A DNA stretch of 62,911 nt, the filler included, from Octopus bimaculoides (lineage: Eukaryota), in NCBI RefSeq assembly GCF_001194135.2. It is 4 parts of 3 records of this genome, joined end to end, with 100 filler letters (N's around TTAATTAATTAA, not from the genome) between each part and the next. Parts side by side here need not be neighbours in the genome. Positions count along the whole stretch, not along the records: positions 19,898 to 48,874 come from NC_068983.1; positions 48,975 to 62,911 come from NC_068996.1; 2 more parts are not named here. One strand, 5' to 3'. Shown here one piece after another: positions 41,900-53,277 of the stretch (the stretch's first letter is position 1; each line of letters opens with the position of its first letter). The translations under genes and the position numbers were made by a program. The notes under the pieces were generated by a model that searched no databases, was not told where the DNA came from, and saw only the letters and a program-made list of their open reading frames with translations.

Positions 41900-42325
41900 T
41901 GAACCCATGGATTGATAAACAATTCGTGTTGTTTATGAATATGGGTTCCATCGTGGAACCAATGCATCCCAGACCGCCCGAAACATTAATGAGGTGTTTG
42001 GTGAAGGTGTGACGAATGAGCGTCCTGTACGTTGATGATTTGAGAAGTTCCAGTTTGGTGATTTTACTCTTAAAAAATCAGCCCCGTGGTAGACCTGAGA
42101 CCAAGGTGGATAATGATGGGCTGGAAAATGTAGTGGAAACGGTTACAACTCAAACTACGCATGATTTAGAAGTAAGGTTTGATGTTTCGATTCCAACTGT
42201 ATTAGACCATCTGAAACAAATCGGCAAGGTAAAGTAGCTGGACAAGTGGGTACCACACGAACTGAACGAGTATCAAATGACATGTCGTCTGGAAACTTGC
42301 TGTTCTTTGCTGTCACTGCATAAAA
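41900..42325 (+). mobile_element. Mariner transposase N-terminal half
   Basis: ARNINEVFGEG, RGRPETKVD, TVLDHLKQIGKVK.LDKWVPHEL. Confidence 0.88.
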
Positions 42326-42836
42326 GTTTCTGTGTTGTTTTCAGACAGTTCAGCTTTGTTTATTAAAAGTTGCTCGGCACCGCCCTACACTCCCCTCTTT
42401 CCACTAGCCTGTTCATCAGTCAAAATGTTCGACTCACAATGGTCCTGGAAGAATTGGTTGAGGCAACTTGTGTGCAATTACTAGATAATATCTAGGCAAA
42501 GAATGGGCCTGTAGTTTCCTGCCATTTGGGTGATTTCATTTTTGGCAACAAGATTTGTCCTTGCTATAGCAAGCCATTGTGGTATATCAGTCTGACATTC
42601 CATAGTCCTTTTGAACATACATATGAACTGGTTTCTTCTACCAATATCCAACTATTAGGTCCCTTCCAGGTGCCTTCCCATTGTATGTATGTATGTATGT
42701 ATGTATGTATGTATGTATGTATGTATGTGTGTATGTATGTATGTATGTATTATGTATGTATGCATACATGTATGTATNNNNNNNNNNGTATGTATGCATG
42801 TATATATGTGTGTGTATATCTGTCTGTCTGATTGTC

Positions 42837-42872
<36 letters not shown>

Positions 42873-42891
42873 ACAATTATTCGGTAGCCAT

Positions 42892-42951
42892 GATAAAACT
42901 CCGAGTTTTTGATGTCGGGGGGAAACTCACGCCAGCATCTCTTCAGTTATC
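42892..42951 (-). ncRNA. Type I hammerhead (H1), GAAA mutated to AAAA
   Basis: GAUAA-CUGAAGA-GAUG..CAUC-AAAAA-CUCGGAG-UU/UUAUC. Confidence 0.6.
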
Positions 42952-43618
42952 GGGCTATCGAAAAAAATGCTATGAAAATGACCGTTAAACAAAGGGAAAT
43001 TACTGTCTGATTAACCGTTATTAAGACAAAAGAGCTATTAGAATGGCCGCTAAGTAAGGGGAGGGAGTAAAGGTAACGGAGTGAAAATGTTCATAGTAAT
43101 TGCGTAAGCGCGCATGTCCATACATACACATGCGCGCCCTCGCACCCGCGTACATGCGCCTATATGTATATACTCATCCATCCTCACTTGAAACACACAC
43201 AAGCTCATCCACACATTCGCCAAAAAATATATACATACCCGCATACACACTCGCACACACACACGCGCACAAAAACGGTTCATACACACGTCTATATACG
43301 CACATGCACAAGAAAAAACAGGACTAAAGGGAAGATACAGAAAAATGTGTAAAAAAGTGTAAAAAATAAGCAGCAAGAGTAAAACATATCCGCACACACG
43401 CACACAACCACACGCGCGCACAATTTCATTTTTGGCAACAAGATTTGTCCTTGCTAAAGCAAGCCATTCTGATATATCAGTCTGACATTCCATTGTCATA
43501 CATATAAACTAAATATGTACTAACTGCACACAAGTTGCCTCAACCAATTCCACTAGGACCATTGTGAGTCGAACATTTTTACTGATGAACAGGCTGGTGG
43601 AAAGAGGGGAGTGTGGGA

Positions 43619-43653
<35 letters not shown>

Positions 43654-43836
43654 GGTATGTGCGTATGTAGACGTGTGTGTGTGTGTGCGTGCATGCGAGT
43701 ATGTGCGTATATAGACGTGTTTTACTCTTATTACTTATTTTTTACATTTTTTTATACATTTTTCTGTATTTTGCCTTTAGCCCTGATTTTTCTTATGCAT
43801 GTGCGTATATAGACGTGTGTATGAACCTTTTTTGTG

Positions 43837-43878
<42 letters not shown>

Positions 43879-44163
43879 CGTGTATGCGGGTGTGTATATA
43901 TTTTTTGGCGAATGTGTGGGTGAGCATGTATGTGTTTCAAGTGAGGGCGGATCAGTATATACATAAAGGCGCATGTTCGTGGGTGTGTGGGCGCGCATGT
44001 GTATGTATGGACATGCGCGCTTACGCAATTACTATGAACATTTTTACTCCCTCCCCTTACTTAGCGGTCATTCTAATAGCTCTTTTGTTTTAATAACGGT
44101 CAATCACACAGTAATTTCCCTTTGTTTTAACGGTCATTTCCATAGCATTCTTTTCGATGGCCC

Positions 44164-44222
44164 AATAACTGAAGAGATGGTGGTGAGTTTCCGCCCCGAC
44201 ATCCGAAATTTGGAATTTTATC
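44164..44222 (+). ncRNA. Type I hammerhead (H1), intact core
   Basis: AAUAA-CUGAAGA-GAUG..CAUC-C-GAAA-UUUGGAA-UU/UUAUC. Confidence 0.72.
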
Positions 44223-44502
44223 ATGGCTACCGAATAATTGTCACATATTATATTTACAAATAAATTCCTCTATTTACATCATATCGATGTCTCTTTCATT
44301 CTTTTGTTGTCTTGCCATTTGTATTNNNNNNNNNNNNNNNNNNNNNNNNNNNNNNNNNNNNNNNNNNNNNNNNNNNNNNNNNNNNNNNNNNNNNNNNNNN
44401 NNNNNNNNNNNNNNNNNNNNNNNNNNNNNNNNNNNNNNNNNNNNNNNNNNNNNNNNNNNNNNNNNNNNNNNNNNNNNNNNNNNNNNNNNNNNNNNNNNNN
44501 NN

Positions 44503-44533
<31 letters not shown>

Positions 44534-45306
44534 GTGTGTATGTATGTATGTATGTATGTATGTATGTATGTACCGGGTGCGGCATATGCATTTATCCTTT
44601 ATTTAAACGTACTAAGTCATGTAGATTAGTAATGTAGATTAGTTAAGAAAAGATTAAGTAATATGGGAAAAGTAAAGGGTGATCATTTTGTATTGTAAAT
44701 ATAAGTAAAATATTGACAATAAATATAACAATCAAGTTGTAGACTTCCATTCACCAAAACCTAAACCTTTTTCATTTTATGATAAAATAAATAATGGCTA
44801 CCTATCCATGCCACACTCAGTACGTGTCTATGTATGACAGGTTTTAGCACTTGTCAAACCGAAGCGGAAATACAATGTACCTATCCCAAGTTTCGGCAGT
44901 GAGGGTGAACTCGAACCCATGTGAACATGAAGCAAACATTTTAGCTACTCATCTATACCTGCTCCAATATGAAGGTATAAAATCTATCTGAAATGTTAGA
45001 CTTTGACTCTTTTACCTCCTACGTTGTTTCTGTTTAGATAACTTTATATTAACTTTTTCGTTTTATGCCCATCCCCCTTTATTGCTAGTCGCGGACAATG
45101 AAAGACATCAGAAATAAAGAGATCAGAGCAATACTAATAACTGCGTGGGTTATATTGTTGATTACATCTGCAACCTACAGCTTCCGGACTACACATAGCA
45201 AACAGAAACAATAAGTATAACTTTATCTGACAATTTAGTTGCAAATAAAACTTTAGAAACCTTGTCAATTTTTAATATAATTAAACATTATTCTTATTGA
45301 CGTTGG

Positions 45307-45358
<52 letters not shown>

Positions 45359-47049
45359 TGTATGTGTATATATATATATATGTATTATATAGAATAGCTT
45401 TAGTTTTGAACAAAACCTCGAGGCGCCTGTTTGCCTTGCATTGCGAACAATCTAATTTTGAAACAATCTTATTGATAGCAACATTTTATTTTGATCTTCA
45501 ATTATCGACAACGAAACAATGATTTCTTTCTGATTTGCTAGTTTTGCTGTTATTCTAAATCTACCATTCTGTCTACAACAATAGATACATAAAATGCCTT
45601 TAGAAATACATCTACATTTCATTTGCTTAACACGTGGTGAGTTTCTCTCATATGATGAAGAAAGTATTTAAAATAACCTGACTTGTATTTGCTTAATACT
45701 TCACCTACACTCTTATAATCAATCGAAGGTCATCGAGGAATTATCGTGTTGAACAAATTCCATATAACGCCTGTGTACATTCCCAAAGTATGACAGTTTA
45801 TCCTCTATTGATAAATCACATTTGACACTTAGACGAAGACAGCTATCCAAGCAGTGCTGAAATTTCACGCAACATATACGCCTATTCATTCAACAAGATA
45901 CCATTAAACATACTTTAGGATGCGCGGGAATACATACACATACATATACACGCGCACAAATGCTTTCACTCGCACAGGAACCCACCTGGAACTTTTAAAA
46001 TAAAGCATTTTGAGGTCAAAACTTGGTTCATTCATCTGAGTTAATACTGCCAGAGAAATGAATTTAGATAACAGAAACGACATGCAATGAAGTTTATTGC
46101 TTATAATATTCAATTTAAATTATTGATTTTTCCCAATCGGAATTAAATAACTATTTGCGTCAACCTATCTAAAGTATTTAGTTCTACGAAAAGTGATAGA
46201 ATCAGTCAGTGCATTGTAGTATAAACCGAATCCGAGTGGAGGTGGGTATGATTGCACTGGTTCAGTGTTGGACTCTTTGAATGCACTCGGGTTTTCCACT
46301 TAACGTATACACTGAAACAATTATGTACAGTATATTCACAAGCTGTTACTCAGAGTTTCACGCAACCGTTTCAGCTATGGTAATACAGACTAGTAAAAAT
46401 ATTGATAAATTGTAATTTTCGGCTTCAGTAAAGTAGTATATTACTCTACCTTTGGTATTCGAGTACTATTTTTTCCACATTGTTTTACATCTATGTGCTT
46501 ACTTGTGTGTGTATATTTAAGTAGCTCCTAAGGATGTAAACATTACTGATGGCAAATTCTTAATGTATGTGTTTTGTTTAAAAGCTCTTTGGCTACGGTA
46601 TTTCGTCTCAGGAAAGTCCTTTTAAAACGCTGTGTTAAAAAACAAGGTTCAAACCAAGTCGAAATGAATCGGAGGATGATGACTATCGATATTTCAGTTA
46701 TTGTAGCTGATTCGAACAGGGGATGAATCGAATCGCCAGTTTATAACTATATACAAATAGCTTAAGAACCATTTACGGGTATGCCGCGGCGATATGAAAG
46801 TAAGGCTAAGTTCCCCTCTATGTTAGCCCGCATGGGTAATAAAAAATCAGATGTGAAAGTAAGGATAAATTCAATTACGAAATTAAACATTGTAAACGAA
46901 TATAAACTTTATAAACGAATATAAACGATAATACAAACATTATCGACCGCACATACTAAGTATGTTATCTTGTTTGCCGGTTCATTGCGACATTGCGCTT
47001 TGGAGATGAGTCTCTCGTAGCACTGGGTGTTAAAGCACATGAAAGTAAT

Positions 47050-47400
47050 AGTTGTTGTTGTTGTTGGCACTCCGTCGCTTACGACGTTGAGGGTTCCAGT
47101 TGATCCGATCAACGGAACAGCCTGCTCGTGAAATTAACGTGCAAGTGGCTGAGCACTCCACAGACACATGCACTCTTAACGTAGTTCTCGGGGACATTCA
47201 GCGTGACACAGAGTGTGACAAGGCTGACCCTTTGAATTACAGGCACAACAGAAACAGGAAGTAAGAGTGAGAGAAAGTTGTGGTGGAAGAGTACAGCCGG
47301 GTTCGCCACGAACCCCTGCCGGAGCCTCGTGGAGCTTTTAGGTGTTTTCGCGCAATAAACACTCACAACGCCCGGTCTGGGAATCGAAACCACGATCCTA
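47050..47400 (-). mobile_element. SINE family 2
   Basis: Reverse complement of 25190-25530, including the (AAC)n tail. Confidence 0.85.
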
Positions 47401-48068
47401 TNNNNNNNNNNNNNNNNNNNNNNNNNNNNNNNNNNNNNNNNNNNNNNNNNNNNNNNNNNNNNNNNNNNNNNNNNNNNNNNNNNNNNNNNNNNNNNNNNNN
47501 NNNNNNNNNNNNNNNNNNNNNNNNNNNNNNNNNNNNNNNNNNNNNNNNNNNNNNNNNNNNNNNNNNNNNNNNNNNNNNNNNNNNNNNNNNNNNNNNNNNN
47601 NNNNNNNNNNNNNNNNNNNNNNNNNNNNNNNNNNNNNNNNNNNNNNNNNNNNNNNNNNNNNNNNNNNNNNNNNNNNNNNNNNNNNNNNNNNNNNNNNNNN
47701 NNNNNNNNNNNNNNNNNNNNNNNNNNNNNNNNNNNNNNNNNNNNNNNNNNNNNNNATATATATATAGTTTAATGTACATAGTATATAGTTATGAGCTACT
47801 TGTAGTTTCATACACTGGAGATATTTTCTAGCCAGATCTAAATCACGCATCAAAAGAATATTTGTCATATGTTTACATTTTCTGAAATTCAGCAGTGGTT
47901 ACTTGTTTCACTGGATTGGTCAAGTGATATAGACACCTCTGATGAGAACCCAGTAAGTTTCGAAAAATTTTAAAACAAAATCGGCAGTCAGACTCGGCAC
48001 AAGTTACTGCCCGGTGGATCTATTTCTCGTTTGTGAAATGCACTAAAATTTTGCAGAATTGGGTCGAG

Positions 48069-48775
48069 GTTATAATTTAATTATCCAGTCTAATATAATA
48101 ATAATATTTCGAAATACAAAAATTCCTTCTTCAGATATCGCTAGGAATTGTTCGAGTCACTGCTACAATCGGTTTTCCAACAATTACTGAAATTTTTTTT
48201 CTAGAAGTGTCTTTGCAATGGTCTCACGAAGCTCCTTCCGGAATTCCTTCAGAAAACATCTAGACAGATGCCGGAACACCGATAGAAGCATAACAGTCAC
48301 AATTGAGGCCAATGAAAGAAATTTGGGTAATCTAAGAATTAAGGAAGCTATCCTCATAGACAACCTAGGGCCTCAAATTAACAACAGGCTGGAGGCTGGT
48401 AATCAGTCTATTATTTAGTTACATCTAGATGCGTGTAGGTTCATTTTTGATAACATGCTCATGTATTATTGAAAAAAAAGAAAGAAAAAAAAGAAACTGC
48501 ACGTATAATACATAACTTAGAAGCAGCGCTGCAGATGTGCCAACACTCGCGCTAGAGACATAACCACCCACACGCACTTCTCATGAGGAATTCTGGAAGG
48601 AGCTTCGTAAGACCACTGCAGAGACGCTTCCGGAACAAAAATCAGTAACCGTTGGAAAACCGATTGTAGCAGTGACTTGAACAATTCCTAGCAACATCTG
48701 AAGAAGGAATCTTTGTATTCCGAAATATTATTATTATTATTATTATATAAAAGTATGGATAATTAAATTATAACA
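48069..48775 (+). mobile_element. Penelope-like element 3' end: inverted pseudo-LTR (48069-48247), GIY-YIG C-terminus (about 48245-48418), pseudo-LTR (48587-48775)
   Basis: HLDRC...ERNLGNLRIKEAILIDNLGPQINNRLE fits the R-x3-E-A-x2-I-x4-P-x2-N end of Penelope GIY-YIG endonucleases; about 180-bp inverted repeat. Confidence 0.8.
48698..48732 (+). ncRNA. Minimal type I hammerhead core (family H2); second copy on minus strand at 48107-48134
   Basis: CUGAAGA-A-GGAAU(CUUUGU)AUUCC-GAAA-UAUU; stem II perfect; stems I and III are AU-rich and ambiguous. Confidence 0.6.
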
Positions 48776-48874
48776 GTTATTATAGTCCATTGTTGTTATT
48801 ATAGTGCATTGTTGTGCCATTCAAGACACATTATAAATAATTAAATAAATAAATAAATAAATATATATATATAT

Positions 48875-48974
48875 NNNNNNNNNNNNNNNNNNNNNNNNNN
48901 NNNNNNNNNNNNNNNNNNTTAATTAATTAANNNNNNNNNNNNNNNNNNNNNNNNNNNNNNNNNNNNNNNNNNNN
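48875..48974. other. Artificial scaffold spacer
   Basis: 44 N + TTAATTAATTAA (48919-48930) + 44 N. Confidence 0.95.
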
Positions 48975-49749
48975 GGACTCAAAGCAGAGACTGAAGGATT
49001 TTTAATTGCTGCACAAGACCAAAGCCTCCCCACCAGAAATTACCAAAAACACATAATGAAAAGAAACATAACAAGTAACTGTAGAATATGTGGAGATGGA
49101 CAAGAAACAATAAATCATATTATCTCTGGCTGCCCAATCCTGGCTAAGAAGGAATATATTCACAGATACGACAGATCTGGGACCTATATACACTGGAAGC
49201 TATGCCAACACTATGGAATAACAACAGAAAAAAGATGGTATAAACACACGCCAGAAAAGGTCACAGAAGACGAGAAAGCAACCATACTCTGGGATATGCC
49301 AATACACACAGATGGTGAAATTAAGTCAAATAGACCAGATATAGTTGTCAAAGATCATGAAGAAAAAAAATGCTTTCTAATTGATGTATCAATACCAGCA
49401 GATGACAACGTCTCTCTAAAAGAAATGGAAAAACTTTCAAAATACAAAGACCTGGAAATAGAGGTAACTCGAATGTGGAATCTAAAAACAGAAACAATTC
49501 CTATTATAGTAGGTGCCTTAGGTATAATAAAAAAATATTCAGACAAATACATAACAAAAACCACAGGACTTACAAATATGTATAACATACAGAAAATTGC
49601 AGTACTGCGTACTGCACACATCCTACGCAAAACACTTTCAATACAGTAACCATAAGAGCACCACAGCAAACCACAGCACATACCCAAGGCGCACAGTGCT
49701 GCGCTCGGTAGTGAAGTGAAAGCACGTTATAAAAATAAAACTACTGAAC
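48975..49749 (+). mobile_element. R4/Dong family A, best-preserved C-terminus (CCHC and restriction-like endonuclease; open frame to the stop at 49649)
   Basis: CRICGDGQETINHIISGC; NRPDIV..LIDVSIP..EKLSKYKDL (PD-D/E-K core); IPIIVGALG; AAT tail. Confidence 0.93.
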
Positions 49750-49803
49750 AATAATAATAATGATAATAGAGTCAACATTAGGAGGAATTACTTCAATCCT
49801 TTC

Positions 49804-49867
<64 letters not shown>

Positions 49868-50996
49868 GTAAAACTCTAATGACTGGATGTTAAAACTTGT
49901 CTCAGCATGAAAACAAGAAAGCATCATACTCAGTAACAAAGCAGGCAAAGGAATATCTAAGTGAATTCCAAATACAACAAATTAGACGTACAAGAAACAA
50001 GCGCAGAAAAAGCTAAGCGCATGAAAACCCTTGCTAAGACTGCTGACTTAGATATTCTGACTGATAAATTGCAAGAAAAACCTCTAAATGGCAAATAGCC
50101 TAAGAGAGCTAAGAGTGCTGATGTTGACAAAACACTTACCCATTAATGGTTAGTGTCTTCTGGCATAAAATCAGAAAAGAAGGGTTTATCATAGCAGCCC
50201 ACGATCAATACCTACCTACAAGGAACTACCAAGGCAACATATTAAAGAACGACAATAGTCGTGTATGTCAACAACAAAATGAAACCATTGATCATGTTGT
50301 CTTCATGTGCAGTCTTCTGTCGCTGGCAGAGTATCTCAGCATCATGATTGAGCAGCACAGTATATTCACTGGGTAATTTGCAAAAACTTGGACCTATCCC
50401 ATGATAAAAACTGGTGGGAACACAAACCAATTCCAGTACTTGAAAATGATCACATCTCACTCCTCTGGAACTTCACCATTCAAACTGACAGAAAGATAGA
50501 TGCAAATAGGCCAGACTACAGACAAAAATCATGCCTCCTCATTGATATGACTGTCCCAATCGATATAAAAGTATCTGTCAAGACCTACCAAAAACTGAGC
50601 AAGTATAAAGATCTTGAAATAGAAACTGGCAAATGTGGAACCTGAAGACTAATACAATACTTGTTGTCATAGGTACCCTAGGAATGATAACAAAAGGGGC
50701 TGATTCCCACCTAGCTCAGATACCAGGAAACCCCAAAATGGCAGAAATTCAAAAGATAGTGCTCATGGGAACTGCCCATATCCTACGTAAAATACTGTCT
50801 ATGTAATCTCAAATTTAAAAACAAACTCATAATTTTCTTATGTTTTCTTAAGTATTCTCTAGAACAATACTATGGGGAAAATCAAAGATATGACACCCTA
50901 GGCATAACACCTGCATTAACTTCTAACTCGTTGTCTCTTGAGGTCTCTGGGTGAGACCTGGAGCCAACTTGTACAAATACAAAGCAAAAGTCAAAC

Positions 50997-50998
<2 letters not shown>
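49868..50998 (+). mobile_element. R4/Dong-like family C 3' end
   Basis: KPLNGK, EGFIIAAHDQ, CQQQNETIDHV, LLWNFTIQTDRKIDANRPD, LIDMTVP..KLSKYKDLEIE; (AAT)n on both sides. Confidence 0.85.
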
Positions 50999-51031
<33 letters not shown>

Positions 51032-51033
<2 letters not shown>

Positions 51034-53275
51034 GTAAAGGCTCAATAGTCAATACGTGCAGAAGTGGGGAGGGAGGATAGCCTTGACGGACCGATCGGAA
51101 GATCTGAAACGGTTCCGAGAGGTGGCCATTAACTTTGACCCTCGGGCAGATGTCACTGTGCATTGCAACGATCCAACCTCTAAAGACGTAGCCGAAACCA
51201 GTCGCTTTGAGGACAGCATCCAAGTACTGATGGTCAACCCTATTAAATTCTTTCGATTGGTCGACCCTATTAAATGCTTTCGATTGATCTAAATTGATCA
51301 GCGCTCCATCGAAACCAGGTTTACACTCTACCCTTTCTATGATGTATCACATGAGGGGAAAGTTGTCGTGTATCGACCTGGTCGAGATTGCGCACGATTG
51401 CGCCTCCCCAACCAAGTCCTCGACGACAAACGCCAACCTCTTCACTAATTCTTTAGCCAAAATCTTAAACTCTGTGTTAAGCAAAGTTATGGTCCTGAAG
51501 TTGTCTAATGTGTCCCTCTCGTTTTCGTCTTTCCTTATCACGCCCTGGCTCACAGAACTGGGAATACTCCCATTCTGCTGCCATTTGCAATAGAGCGCTT
51601 CGGGAAGATCGGAGAACACGTCTGGCATATTTACGTAAAGCTCGTAAGCCAGACCATCTAAACCGAGTGTCTTGCGCCTCGTGGAGCCGACAAGGGCATC
51701 CTGAATTTCCGCTGAAGTTATCTGCCTTTCACAGCGCTCAGCGTCGGCCGTCGAGAGACGCGACTAGCCGTCGAGATAGGGACTGAATTTCACAACCGTC
51801 TCCGCCCTGCCACGCACCTTAGCTCTGACAATGCAACCATTATGTTTCACCATGAAGAACTGATCTAATGTCATTCTCGCTTCTAGCACGTCGGTTGCAA
51901 TGCCACTACAATACTCTGGTCTAATTTAGCTACTAACTCCGCCTCCTCTTTTCTATTTTTTCTAACGCTATTTCTTTACTAAACCCTATCGACATTATTC
52001 TAATCTCCCTTTTGAGTGCTGCCCACCACCTGTTGTTGATTACCCCGCCCCTGTCAACTTTTCCTTAACTAAATTGTTAACCTGGTCCCTTAAGCCTTAC
52101 GTGCCGGAAACGATATGTTCAGCTTCCAGTAACCGGGTCCTAGCCTACGCGTCTTATCTAGGGTCGACCGCACAGATTAAAAACTTATTGTCTGAATAGA
52201 CGACCGTTTTTAAAAGTGGACATCCTACACTGTTACTATGTATTTTTCTAGTTAAAATCCTATCTATATACGATATAGATGACCCTAAGCGATAGGTCCA
52301 GGTCCACACTGGCGCATTAGGGAAACCTCGTCGGTACCTGTCAGACAGCTCGAACTGGCTGATCAGGTGCTTGAGGCTTTTTCACCCGCTTCTATCAGCT
52401 ACCCTTACACAATCCCAGCGTTCGTCTAAGATTCCGTTCCAATCCTCTACTAACAGTAAAGGGCGAGACGTACCTAGAAAGGCTTCTAGACGCCTAAAAG
52501 AAATCCGGCCGTTTGGCGTAGACGGCCACTAGTCTGAAGACACCACCTTCACTATTGCTCACGTCCAGGATCACCAACTTCCTGTACGGGTCCAGGAAGA
52601 TCGATTTTATCTTGAGATCTAGTTAATTCCTAAACAGCACTGCTACTCCACCTCCCGTTCCCGGCCGATTAACTGATGCAAAAATCTGATAGTCGTCGAA
52701 AATGGGAGCCAGTGCGCGTGTATTGGAAATCCTGGTCTCACTGACAGCAATTACACATTCAATTCTAAAGACTTGAGGTCGTTGAGCAAACAACCTTGCT
52801 TCCAGGGCGACCCAGGCTTCGAACATTAAAATTTCCTACTCTTAATATGGATATGTTGGCAAGCTAAAGAGAGAAGAGAAAGGTTTACTACCTCCTGGTG
52901 TCTTGTGAAGGTCGGGTGATTCGACTTCCATAATTGTCGCGGGGTTTGGGGGAAACCCTTTTAAGAGTCTCGATGTGGGTCCCACGTTCATGGTTTCCAC
53001 ATGCCCAGGAAAGCGCTCTCGAATTTTTGTGTAGGAATCGAGCAACATTCGCACCAGAAGCAAATCTTCTGGCACGCGAAACGTGCTCGATTCGAAAATC
53101 ACTCCCCCAGTTTCAAATTCAATGTTTTGTGTTACGAGAGTCATCAGTTCCTCGTTGTCCCTTTTGATGAGTACGAAGTTGGGTGTTCTGTGTTGGTGTT
53201 GTTTTATTTGTCTGCTTGACTGTTATGGTGATGGTCATGTTGGTTCGGTTGTTTCTGTATGTGCTATGGGTGTGG
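51032..53275 (-). mobile_element. Tx1/L1-clade LINE copy 1: ORF1 C-terminus, APE endonuclease and RT up to domain 4
   Basis: VIAVSETR..GGGVAVL (APE N-terminus), GPGYWKLN, NFRTITLLNTEFKILAK, VNGHLSEPF..SVRQGYPPSPLL; truncated at (AAT)n. Confidence 0.88.
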
Positions 53276-53277
53276 TA

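Larger units (their letters stand above)
42869..44322. mobile_element. Foldback of two divergent H1 pseudo-LTR arms (42869-43420 minus; about 43680-44322 plus)
   Basis: About 550-bp arms are reverse complements at roughly 85-90% identity by eye; each carries a hammerhead near its outer end. Confidence 0.8.

Noticed and set aside
43582-43606. CTGATGA...GAAA hammerhead-like words
   Set aside because: No stem II pairing between the motifs.
48725-48750. Penelope element ending exactly at the ribozyme cleavage site in an ATT target
   Set aside because: The inverted repeat continues past the ATT run (TGGATAATTAAATTATAAC), so the run is internal to the pseudo-LTR.
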